A stretch of DNA of 64,000 nucleotides from a bacterium. GTDB taxonomy: Bacteria; Bacillota; Clostridia; Oscillospirales; Acutalibacteraceae. The notes beneath the pieces were generated by a model. That model was not told where the DNA came from. It was given only the letters and a program-made list of their open reading frames with translations, and did no database searches. Positions 1 to 8,373 of the stretch are shown here, piece after piece (position 1 is the first letter of the stretch; the number at the start of each line of letters is the position of its first letter). The stretch is taken from contig CAVJIV010000003.1 in the NCBI GenBank assembly GCA_963649715.1, forward strand, positions 75,817 to 139,816, in the 5' to 3' direction. Position numbers and translations under genes: made by a program.

Positions 1-215
1 GAGGAAACGCCCTTTTCGGGATTTTTCAGCGGAATAATTCTGCTGTCTTTTTTTGAATATTCTTTTATTATATCAAATGTTTCGTCGCTGCTTCCGTCGT
101 CGACGCAAAGAACCTCAAAATCGGTAAATGTCTGATTCAAAACAGAATCAAGGCAACGGGAAATATTTTTTTCTTCGTTGTATGACGGAATAACTATGCT
201 GATTTTAGGAGACAT
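1..215 (-). CDS. Glycosyltransferase family 2, N-terminal part only (gene runs off the left edge)
   Basis: A reverse-strand ATG at 213-215, 6 nt after the dnaX stop, opens MSPKISIVIPSYNEEKNISRCLDSVLNQTFTDFEVLCVDDGSSDETFDIIKEYSKKDSRIIPLKN. This is the typical GT2 start (VIPxYN ... DDGSxD). It is absent from the ORF track because no stop lies inside the window. Confidence 0.75.
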   Translation of the reverse strand, partial: MSPKISIVIPSYNEEKNISRCLDSVLNQTFTDFEVLCVDDGSSDETFDIIKEYSKKDSRIIPLKNPEKGVS

Positions 216-220
216 ATCCA

Positions 221-1813
221 TCACCCGTTAATCTTTTTTATCAGGTTTGCAAGTGGGTCGTTGTTAACCGTTTTATTCTCATTTGATTTGTAAATTCCGA
301 GTCTGTATTTTCTTCCGGTTACATCAAAAACGGCCTTGCGTATTGCCAAAGAATGATTATTTTGACGAATAAATTGTGAAAAAACAGGGTTATCGCACTT
401 GATGAGAATGAAATCTCCTCTGATATAAGCCGATGAAGCACCCAGAATACCTGTAAGCGGTTTATCGGAAACATCAAGAAGTGAAAGAACCTCTCCCCAT
501 TGGATAAAAAGTGTATCCTCATCCGTGCTGCCTTGAGCGTCGCTTGGCAAAGGTTCGCTCTTATCTTCTTTTTGAATTTCAGGCGGAGGAGTAAGATAGG
601 AATCAATTTTATTGTTTGGCTTGGTGTCTTCCTTAATCCTTTGTGCAGAAGTTTCTATCGTAATTTTTCCACCTTGAATGGCTTTTTCAAGTCTTTCAAT
701 TCTGCTTATGATAGCAGTGTTGTCGTTTGAAGCTTCTGCCATGGTCATTTTGACCGCAGTCAGCTCCATTTCCGTTCGCTTGCTTGTGCTGCTTTTGAGC
801 ACCGTTGAAGCTTCCTCAAGCAGAGAAATGCAGCCGAGAATTTTTGAAAGATTGATTTCGTCCGCCTGCTTTTTGTAAAGCTCAAGGTCGTGATCCGTGC
901 AGACAATCAGCTTTTGCGGCTCTTTTACGGTTTTTATCATCATCAGATTTCTGTAATGATTGATAAGCTCGGAGCAAAGTCTTTCCATATCGCACGATTC
1001 GCCGTGAAGCTTGTCGATTACGGAAAGAACCTCGGACGAATTGTTTTTGTTAATAAAGTCAACCATGTCAAAAAGGTGAACTTTTCCGGCAAGACCTGCG
1101 GCGTTGCTGACAATCTCCGAGGTGACATGCTCGTTTATTCCCGCACAGCGGTCAAGAATAGAAAGAGCGTCACGCATTGCGCCGTCTGCAATTCTTGCAA
1201 TAAGAAGCGAAGCGTCGTCGTCCAGCTTGATATTTTCTTCATCGGCAACATATTTCAACCTTGCGCTGATATTTTCCGGAGTAATTCTGTGAAAATCAAA
1301 TCGCTGACATCTCGAAAGAATGGTTGCCGGCAGCTTGTGAACCTCTGTTGTGGCGAGAACAAATTTAACATGCTCCGGCGGTTCCTCAAGCGTTTTGAGA
1401 AGTGCATTGAAAGCTCCGATTGAAAGCATATGAACCTCGTCGATTATATACACACGAAATTTTGTATGGACGGGGGTATAATTTGCCTCCTCGCGAAGGT
1501 CACGGATATTGTCAACGCCGTTGTTGCTGGCTGCGTCGATTTCAATAACATCGAGAATAGAGCCGTCGTCTATTCCCTTGCATATCTCGCATTCGTTGCA
1601 GGGATTGCCGTTGTGGGTATGCGGACAGTTGACCGCCTTGGCAAAAATTTTTGCGCAGGTGGTTTTGCCCGTTCCTCTTGAGCCGGTGAAAAGATAGGCG
1701 TGAGAAACCTTGCCCGATTCTATCTCGTGGGCAAGGGTGGAGGTGATATGCTCCTGACCGACAACATCGGAAAAGGTCTGAGGTCTCCACTTTCTGTAAA
1801 GAACTCTGTACAC
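221..1813 (-). CDS. dnaX: DNA polymerase III subunit gamma/tau
   Basis: 530-aa ORF starting MYRVLYRKWRPQTFSDVVGQEHI, with Walker A GSRGTGKTT, a zinc module CNECEIC and DEVHML. This is the classic DnaX N-terminus. Confidence 0.97.
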   Translation of the reverse strand: MYRVLYRKWRPQTFSDVVGQEHITSTLAHEIESGKVSHAYLFTGSRGTGKTTCAKIFAKAVNCPHTHNGNPCNECEICKGIDDGSILDVIEIDAASNNGVDNIRDLREEANYTPVHTKFRVYIIDEVHMLSIGAFNALLKTLEEPPEHVKFVLATTEVHKLPATILSRCQRFDFHRITPENISARLKYVADEENIKLDDDASLLIARIADGAMRDALSILDRCAGINEHVTSEIVSNAAGLAGKVHLFDMVDFINKNNSSEVLSVIDKLHGESCDMERLCSELINHYRNLMMIKTVKEPQKLIVCTDHDLELYKKQADEINLSKILGCISLLEEASTVLKSSTSKRTEMELTAVKMTMAEASNDNTAIISRIERLEKAIQGGKITIETSAQRIKEDTKPNNKIDSYLTPPPEIQKEDKSEPLPSDAQGSTDEDTLFIQWGEVLSLLDVSDKPLTGILGASSAYIRGDFILIKCDNPVFSQFIRQNNHSLAIRKAVFDVTGRKYRLGIYKSNENKTVNNDPLANLIKKING

Positions 1814-1842
1814 GACATATCCCTCCTTTTGTAATAATAAAA

Positions 1843-1987
1843 AGCATTATCTCAGTCACATGGTGTGCAGGCCGTACTGTGTCGCACGGTGTTAACCGCT
1901 TAATGCTGCTCGGTTCCCCGCCTGACATGGTTCGCGGCACCCCGTCGCACAGGACCAACACACCACATGACTGAAATAATGCTTCAG
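1843..1987 (-). ncRNA. ffs: Signal recognition particle RNA (small/4.5S-like type)
   Basis: The reverse strand reads ...GGTGTGTTGGTCCTGTGCGACGGGGTGCCGCGAACCATGTCAGGCGGGGAACCGAGCAGCATTAAGCGG.... The GTCAGG...GGAA...AGCAGC core is closed by a long terminal helix (GCATTAT.TCAGTCACATGGTGTG pairs with CACACCACATGACTGA.ATAATGC). It sits directly upstream of dnaX, as in other Firmicutes. The ends are approximate. Confidence 0.7.
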
Positions 1988-2058
1988 ATATAATCTCCTG
2001 CAATATCTTAATTATTATAATATATTTCTGATATTTTAGCAAGAGATTTTATAAAAAA

Positions 2059-2733
2059 TTATTTATTTTCTTTAGGTTTTTTCTTTTTGTCGCCGTATTT
2101 TTTTATCAACAGAACCGCAATTGCCACGGGAATGGCACAAATTGCCGCAATGACGATATATTTCATCGGAATAAGATCATAGATTCCGTCGCCGAGAATT
2201 GTGAAGGCTATGACCCTCGGGGCAATGCCGAGAACAGAGAGCAAAAGATACGGCAAAAATTTGAAGTCGAATGCGCCCATGAAAAGAGATGAAAAATCAA
2301 TCGGAAACGCCGGAATAAACCTCATAAGAAAAATTGCCGCATTTTGGTTTTTTTCAAGCATTGAGAAAAATTTGTCGCCAGATTTTGTGTTGCGTATTCT
2401 CTTTTCGACCGAATCCTTGCCGAGAAATTTTCCCATGAAAAAGGTGATGATTACTTCAACGGCAATACCGATAAGATTTATAATAACGGCTCGTTTTGTG
2501 TCGAATGCCATTCCGACGGAAATATAGACAAGTGACGCCGGAATGACCATCAAAACTGCCTTGACGGCATAAACACCGAGAACAATCAGCTCGGCAGCCA
2601 GAAGCGACGAAGCACCGGCAATCAGCACACGGACATCGAGCTTTGAAAGATAGTCATAATTCACAATTGCCGAGAAAAAAACAGCGGCGGCAAGGATTAG
2701 CTTGATTATATTTTTTACGGATTCTTTTTTCAT
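2059..2733 (-). CDS. TVP38/TMEM64 (DedA/SNARE-associated) family membrane protein
   Basis: Polytopic membrane ORF with LMRFIPAFPIDFSSLFMGA. I prefer the ATG at 2733 (MKKES..., GGAGA RBS 5 nt upstream) over the TTG at 2745 used by the ORF track. Confidence 0.8.
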   Translation of the reverse strand: MKKESVKNIIKLILAAAVFFSAIVNYDYLSKLDVRVLIAGASSLLAAELIVLGVYAVKAVLMVIPASLVYISVGMAFDTKRAVIINLIGIAVEVIITFFMGKFLGKDSVEKRIRNTKSGDKFFSMLEKNQNAAIFLMRFIPAFPIDFSSLFMGAFDFKFLPYLLLSVLGIAPRVIAFTILGDGIYDLIPMKYIVIAAICAIPVAIAVLLIKKYGDKKKKPKENK

Positions 2734-2861
2734 TGGTTTCTCCAAAGATAATTTTTATTATATTATACCACACAGAAAGCAAAAAGAAAACGAAAGCCGA
2801 AAAAATTCCGACTTTCGCTGTATTACAAAATAATTTTGGGCGTTTGACTTTGCTTTTATTT

Positions 2862-4031
2862 TCAGCCCATCTTTTCCTTGATGTGAGAAAGTCTTTCAAG
2901 AGCCTCATTGAGGGTTTCGTCCTTCTTTGCAAAGTGAACACGAACAATATTGTTGATGCCCTTTTCATTAAAGAAAGATGTACCCGGAACGCAGGCAACG
3001 CCGACCTTTTGAGCCATTTCAAGGCAGAAGTCAACATCAGACTGACCCGGCTTGAGGAAAGGAGCAATATCTGCGAGAACAAAGTATGCGCCCTGAGGGT
3101 CGGTGTAAGGAATTCCGATGCGGTCAAGTCCCTCTGTGAAGAGCTTTTTCATGTGAGCATAGTGTGCACCGAACTTGTCATAGTAGCTGTCAGGCATATT
3201 AAGACCTACGCAGGCTGCCTCCATGAGAGGAGAAGCTGCGCCGACTGCGTTGAAGTCGTGGTACTGCTTGATTCTGTCCATGAGCTGCTTCGGAGCGATG
3301 GCATAGCCAAGACGCCAGCCCGTTACCGAATAAGTTTTGGAAAGAGATGAGCAGCTGACCGTTCTCTCCCACATTCCGTCGAGACTGTTCATATAAACAT
3401 GCTTGTGTCCCTCATAGATGATGTGCTCATAAACCTCGTCCATGATTGCGTAAACATCATATTTGATGCAAAGGTCTGCAATTGTTCTCAGCTCGTCATA
3501 GGTGAAAACTTTACCGCTCGGATTTGAGGGGTTGCAAATAAGAATTGCCTTTGCGCCTTTTTTGAATTCGGCTTCGATAATATCGGCGTCAAAATTGAAC
3601 TCGGGCGGAACAAGCGGAATGAAAACGGGTTCGCAGTCCGCCATGATTGCCTGCGCTCTGTAATTTTCAAAATATGGGGAGAACATAACGATTCTGTCGC
3701 CCGGATTTGTAAGAGCAAAGATCGTGTCCACCATTGCTTCGGTTGAACCGATGGTAACGACCATTTCGGTGTTGGGGTCAAGCTCACGACCCATAAAACG
3801 ACCGCATTTTCTTGCGAGCGCCTCACGGAAGTTCGGCGCACCCATTGTTATCGGGTACTGGTGAGGACCGGTGTGAGCGACCTCGGCGAGACGATCCGTC
3901 ATCTCCTTCGGAGGATCAAAATCCGGAAAGCCCTGCGCAAGGTTGATTGCGCCGCAGTCAAGAGCAACACGGGTCATTCTTCTGATAACGGAATCGGTGA
4001 AAAGTGCATTTTTTCTGCTTAATTCCTGCAT
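2862..4031 (-). CDS. Class I/II PLP-dependent aminotransferase (YbdL/kynurenine-aminotransferase-like)
   Basis: MQELSRKNALFTDSVIRRM..INLAQGFPDFDPP..., with the PLP-lysine context SLSKTYSVTGWRLGY. Start set to the ATG at 4031 (track begins at a TTG at 4055). Confidence 0.9.
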   Translation of the reverse strand: MQELSRKNALFTDSVIRRMTRVALDCGAINLAQGFPDFDPPKEMTDRLAEVAHTGPHQYPITMGAPNFREALARKCGRFMGRELDPNTEMVVTIGSTEAMVDTIFALTNPGDRIVMFSPYFENYRAQAIMADCEPVFIPLVPPEFNFDADIIEAEFKKGAKAILICNPSNPSGKVFTYDELRTIADLCIKYDVYAIMDEVYEHIIYEGHKHVYMNSLDGMWERTVSCSSLSKTYSVTGWRLGYAIAPKQLMDRIKQYHDFNAVGAASPLMEAACVGLNMPDSYYDKFGAHYAHMKKLFTEGLDRIGIPYTDPQGAYFVLADIAPFLKPGQSDVDFCLEMAQKVGVACVPGTSFFNEKGINNIVRVHFAKKDETLNEALERLSHIKEKMG

Positions 4032-4278
4032 TGTTATATGTTCCTTTCTTAACAAACCGACCGAAAGGAATGTCGATTTATTTTATTTGATTAGCTTTTT
4101 GTCATTTCTTAGTTAATTTAAGAAAACAAAGCAATGCGACAAAGAAGATAGAATGTATTAAAAAAACCTATCTCTTTCACCGCAAGCGATCCCCCTCCCC
4201 TTACAATTAAGGGGAGGCAGATCTGTTGTTAATTGATGACATATAAATAATACTCTGTCAATCGGAAAAAATCAACAG

Positions 4279-4710
4279 TTATTTAATTCCGAGGTCGTCG
4301 CCCGAAGCGACAACAACAAAGTACCTTTTGAGCACGGATGTGAAAATATCAATATCCTTGACCTTGAAAATCATATATGCAAGTCCGTCCTTCTGACCGA
4401 AAACCGAATACATATATTCAATGTCGATATCCTCGTTTGAAATGATGTTGAGAAGCTCGTTGAGTCCGCCTGCCTTGTTTGGAACAGCTGCCGCAACAAC
4501 GGGAGTTTCCGTAACGATAAAGCCGTTATTGCGCAGAAGCTTTGCGGCTTCGTCGGAATCGTCGGAGATAAGACGGAGAATACCGTAGTCGGCGGTTTCG
4601 GCGATGTTCAACGCCTTGAGGTCGATGTTATTATCGGACAGGATTTTCGTGATTTCCGAAAGCTGTCCCGCTCTGTTTTCCAAAAAAACCGAAATCTGAG
4701 TAATAGCCAT
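4279..4710 (-). CDS. ACT domain-containing protein (tandem ACT, amino-acid-binding regulator type)
   Basis: 143 aa, MAITQISVFLENRAGQLSEITKILSDNNIDLKALNIAE. This is the usual small ACT protein found after paaK-type ligases in ior clusters. It lies 12 nt after paaK. Confidence 0.85.
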   Translation of the reverse strand: MAITQISVFLENRAGQLSEITKILSDNNIDLKALNIAETADYGILRLISDDSDEAAKLLRNNGFIVTETPVVAAAVPNKAGGLNELLNIISNEDIDIEYMYSVFGQKDGLAYMIFKVKDIDIFTSVLKRYFVVVASGDDLGIK

Positions 4711-4722
4711 ATTCCTGCCTCC

Positions 4723-6021
4723 TTAAATTTTTCTCTTGTCAATTACACGGACTGCCTTGCCCTCGCTTCTGGTAATCGACTTCGGAGCAACAAGACGAAC
4801 CTTGGTGTAAATTCCGAGCATTGCCTTCAGGGCGGCAACGAGGGATTTTTCCATCTCGGTAATCTTACCGAGGTTATCGGAGAAGTTTTCCTGAGTCATT
4901 TCAACCATAACTTCGAGCGTATCGCTGTTGTTTACACGGTCAACTATTATCTGATAGTTGGCCTGATAGCCCTGCTCGATGAGAACGGTTTCAATCTGCG
5001 ACGGGAATACATTGACGCCCTTGACGATAAGCATATCGTCGCTTCTGCCCATCGGCTTGCACATTTTAACAAGCGTTCTGCCGCAGGAGCATTTTTCTCT
5101 TGTGAGAACGCAGATGTCACGGGTTCTGTATCTGAGAAGCGGAAAGGCTTCTTTGGTTATTGATGTGAAAACAAGCTCTCCCTGAGTTCCGTCGGGGAGA
5201 ACCTCGCCCGTGTCGGGGTCGATTATCTCGGCGATGAAGTGGTCTTCATTGATGTGCATACCCGTCTGCTCCGAGCATTCAAAAGAAACGCCGGGACCGC
5301 TTATTTCGGTAAGACCGTAGATATCGTATGCTTTGATGCCGAGCTGGTTCTGAATTTCCTGACGCATTTTTTCGCTCCATGCCTCTGCGCCGAAGATTCC
5401 TGCCTTGAGTTTGATTTTGTCCCTGAGTCCGCGCTCGTGTATGCTCTCTGCAAGATAAGCCGCATAGGACGGGGTGCAGCAGAGAATAGTCGAACCGAGG
5501 TCGGTCATGAACTGGAGCTGTCTGTCCGTATTGCCGGAGGACATCGGGAGGGTGAGACTGCCGACCTTGTGGCTGCCGCCATGAAGTCCCGCGCCGCCGG
5601 TGAAAAGTCCGTAGCCGTATGCAACCTGAACAACATCCTCGTCCGTTCCGCCTGCCGCCACGATAGCTCGTGCGCAGCATTCCTCCCAAAGGTCGATATC
5701 ATGTTGGGTATAGAAAGCGACTACCCGTCTGCCGGTCGTACCTGAGGTGGACTGAATCCTTACGCAGTCCTTTAAAGGAGCTGCAAGAAGACCGTAGGGA
5801 TAAGCGTCACGAAGATCCGCCTTTGAAAGAAACGGAAGCTTGTGAAGGTCGTCAACGCCCTTGATATCGTCGGGAGTAACGCCTTTCTCCTCCATCTTTT
5901 TTCTGTAATAGGGAACATTGTCCCAAACATGCTTGACCTGATTAACAAGTCTTTCATTCTGAAGCTCACGAATTTTTTCCCGTGAAGCGCATTCAATTTC
6001 CTGCTGATAATATCTTTCCAT
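4723..6021 (-). CDS. paaK: Phenylacetate--CoA ligase family protein
   Basis: 432 aa with the PaaK-type short adenylate-forming layout: QSTSGTTGRRVV (AMP/P-loop), YGLTE, RYRTRD and the C-terminal GKAVRVIDKR. Confidence 0.9.
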   Translation of the reverse strand: MERYYQQEIECASREKIRELQNERLVNQVKHVWDNVPYYRKKMEEKGVTPDDIKGVDDLHKLPFLSKADLRDAYPYGLLAAPLKDCVRIQSTSGTTGRRVVAFYTQHDIDLWEECCARAIVAAGGTDEDVVQVAYGYGLFTGGAGLHGGSHKVGSLTLPMSSGNTDRQLQFMTDLGSTILCCTPSYAAYLAESIHERGLRDKIKLKAGIFGAEAWSEKMRQEIQNQLGIKAYDIYGLTEISGPGVSFECSEQTGMHINEDHFIAEIIDPDTGEVLPDGTQGELVFTSITKEAFPLLRYRTRDICVLTREKCSCGRTLVKMCKPMGRSDDMLIVKGVNVFPSQIETVLIEQGYQANYQIIVDRVNNSDTLEVMVEMTQENFSDNLGKITEMEKSLVAALKAMLGIYTKVRLVAPKSITRSEGKAVRVIDKRKI

Positions 6022-6036
6022 AACAAGCTCTCCCGT

Positions 6037-6609
6037 TTATGCTTCTTTACCGAGTAAAAATGCTTTTTTGTTTATCTCGAGGAATTTTGGCGGAACGCTT
6101 TTTTCAATCGCAGCCATCCATTCCTCGGTTGTGAAGTCAAAATACTTTGAAAGTCTGCCCATAAGAACAAGGTTGACCGCCTTTGATGTTCCTGCTTCTT
6201 CGGCGAGGGAGAGAGCGTCAATTGCGTCAAGCTTAACGCCGAGAGCCTTGATTTTCTTCACAAGTTCGGTCGGATATTTCGCCGCACCGGTGATGACGGG
6301 CATAGGATTGATCTCTTGCGTGTTTGTGATTATTGTTCCGTCCGGCTTGAGAAACTCCGTCCAGCGAGCCGCTTCAAGAAGCTCAAAGGAGATGATTGCG
6401 TCCGCTTCGCCCTTGTCAATAATCGGCGAAAAAACCCTGTCGCCGTAGCGAACATATGTTACAACGCTGCCGCCTCGCTGGCTCATTCCGTGAACCTCGC
6501 TGACCTTGACATCGTAGCCTTTTTCAAGAAGAAGTCTGCCGAGAAGCTTGCTCGCAAGCAGCGTTCCCTGACCGCCGACTCCGACGATCATAATATTTTT
6601 TGTCTGCAT
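6037..6609 (-). CDS. iorB: Indolepyruvate:ferredoxin oxidoreductase subunit beta
   Basis: MQTKNIMIVGVGGQGTLLASKLLGR...MSQRGGSV. The ATG at 6609 is preceded by AGGAG lying inside the end of iorA. The track ORF extends spuriously to 6681. Confidence 0.9.
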   Translation of the reverse strand: MQTKNIMIVGVGGQGTLLASKLLGRLLLEKGYDVKVSEVHGMSQRGGSVVTYVRYGDRVFSPIIDKGEADAIISFELLEAARWTEFLKPDGTIITNTQEINPMPVITGAAKYPTELVKKIKALGVKLDAIDALSLAEEAGTSKAVNLVLMGRLSKYFDFTTEEWMAAIEKSVPPKFLEINKKAFLLGKEA

Positions 6610-6611
6610 AA

Positions 6612-8351
6612 TCAGGACTCCTTTCCGTTCGGAAGTGCGCCGAACTTGCAGAGCTGACTGCAAACGCCGCATCCGGTACAAAGTGTTGCGTCGATTTTAA
6701 CCTTTCCGTCAACAATGCTGATGGCGGGACAGCCTATTTTCATGCAGGACTTGCAGCCGACGCACTTGTCCGCATCAGCTGTGATAGGTCCGTTGTGCTT
6801 AACATATTTGAGAAGGGCGCAGGGTCTTCTTGAAATGATGACCGACGGCTCGTCTGCCGCAAGCTCCTCCTTGACCGCATCGTCGCACTCCTTGAGATTA
6901 TACGGGTCAACCACTCTGACTCTCTTAATGCCTACCGAGCGGCAGAGATTTTCAAGATTGATTTTTGTGCACGGGTCGCCCTTGAGGTTGAAGCCGGTCG
7001 TCGGGTTCTGCTGGTGTCCCGTCATGCCGGTTATAGAGTTATCGAGAATGATAACGGTTGAATTCGATTCGTTGTATGCAATATTGATAAGTCCCGTTAC
7101 GCCGGAATGCATGAAGGTCGAGTCGCCGATGACTGCAACCGTTTTGCCATCGCTTGCGCCCTCGTTGGCCTTGTTGAAGCCGTGGATTCCCGAAACGGAA
7201 GCGCCCATGCAAATCGTTGTGTCGATTGCGGCAAGCGGCGGAACTGCGCCGAGAGTGTAGCAGCCGATATCGCCGAAAACGGTGAGATTATTCTTTTTGA
7301 GAGTGTAGAAAAGTCCTCTGTGCGGACAGCCTGCGCACATGACCGGCGGTCTTGCCGGAATGCTTTCGTCAAGCTTCTTTCCGCAGTCGGGTTCATAGCC
7401 GAGCTTTTCGGCAACGATATTTTGGCTCAGCTCGTCAATGCAGCTGAAAAGCGATTTGCCCGTTACTTCAACGCCGATATTGCGGCAGTGAGCTTCGATT
7501 ATGCCGTCAAGCTCTTCGATAACTATTACCTTGTTGACGGTCTTTGCAAAATCCAGAATTTTCTTGATGGGCAGGGGATTTATCATGCCGAGCTTGAGCA
7601 CCGGATATTTGTCGCCGCAAACCTCTTTGGCGTATTGATAGCTTGTGCTTGAGGTGATGATACCGATCGAATGATCACTTCCGTCCTCAATGCGGTTGAA
7701 AGGAGCGGTTTCGGCATATTCGGTGAGAGCAATTGTTCTCTCCTCAACTATAGGATGGCGACGCTTTGCGTTGCCGGGCATCATGATATATTTTGCGCCG
7801 TCTTTTTCGTATGTTTTTGAGGTTTCCACTCTGTCGGAGGTTTCAACAACGCTCTGAGAGTGGGCAACTCTTGTGCACATTTTTATAAAAACGGGTGTGT
7901 CATATTTTTCGGAAATCTCGTATGCAAGCTTTGCAAAGCTGAGCGATTCTCCTGCGTCTGCCGGCTCAAGCATCGGGATCTTTGCGGCGATCGCATAGTG
8001 GCGTGAATCCTGCTCGTTCTGCGAGCTGTGCATACCTGCGTCGTCGGCAACGCCGATGATCATACCTGCGTTAACGCCGGTGTATGAAATGGTGAAAACC
8101 GGATCGGCGGCAACATTAAGTCCTACATGCTTCATTGAACAGAAGCTTCTCTTGCCTGCAACACATGCGCCGAAGGCCGCTTCAACGGCTACCTTTTCGT
8201 TGGGTGCCCACTCGGCGTAAATTTCCTTGTACTTTGCGGCATATTCCGTAATTTCCGTACTCGGAGTACCCGGGTAGCTTGAAACAAAGGAACAGCCGGC
8301 TTCGTAAAGTCCTCTGGCAACCGCTTCGTTGCCGAGCATCAACTGCTTCAT
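6612..8351 (-). CDS. iorA: Indolepyruvate:ferredoxin oxidoreductase subunit alpha (TPP, 2x[4Fe-4S])
   Basis: 579 aa. It has a TPP-binding region (GDSTFMHSG) and a C-terminal ferredoxin module CVGCKSCMKIGCP...CTGCGVCSQLC. Confidence 0.93.
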   Translation of the reverse strand: MKQLMLGNEAVARGLYEAGCSFVSSYPGTPSTEITEYAAKYKEIYAEWAPNEKVAVEAAFGACVAGKRSFCSMKHVGLNVAADPVFTISYTGVNAGMIIGVADDAGMHSSQNEQDSRHYAIAAKIPMLEPADAGESLSFAKLAYEISEKYDTPVFIKMCTRVAHSQSVVETSDRVETSKTYEKDGAKYIMMPGNAKRRHPIVEERTIALTEYAETAPFNRIEDGSDHSIGIITSSTSYQYAKEVCGDKYPVLKLGMINPLPIKKILDFAKTVNKVIVIEELDGIIEAHCRNIGVEVTGKSLFSCIDELSQNIVAEKLGYEPDCGKKLDESIPARPPVMCAGCPHRGLFYTLKKNNLTVFGDIGCYTLGAVPPLAAIDTTICMGASVSGIHGFNKANEGASDGKTVAVIGDSTFMHSGVTGLINIAYNESNSTVIILDNSITGMTGHQQNPTTGFNLKGDPCTKINLENLCRSVGIKRVRVVDPYNLKECDDAVKEELAADEPSVIISRRPCALLKYVKHNGPITADADKCVGCKSCMKIGCPAISIVDGKVKIDATLCTGCGVCSQLCKFGALPNGKES

Positions 8352-8373
8352 TTATATAACCTCCGTTTGCTGT

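Noticed and set aside
869-877. Possible dnaX programmed -1 frameshift site (tau/gamma)
   Set aside because: The only candidate I found reads TAC AAA AAG on the coding strand, which is not the A AAA AAG heptamer. I saw no obvious downstream stem-loop.
1542-2042. 166-aa minus-strand ORF
   Set aside because: It overlaps the 5' end of dnaX out of frame and covers the SRP RNA. The RNA explanation is better supported.
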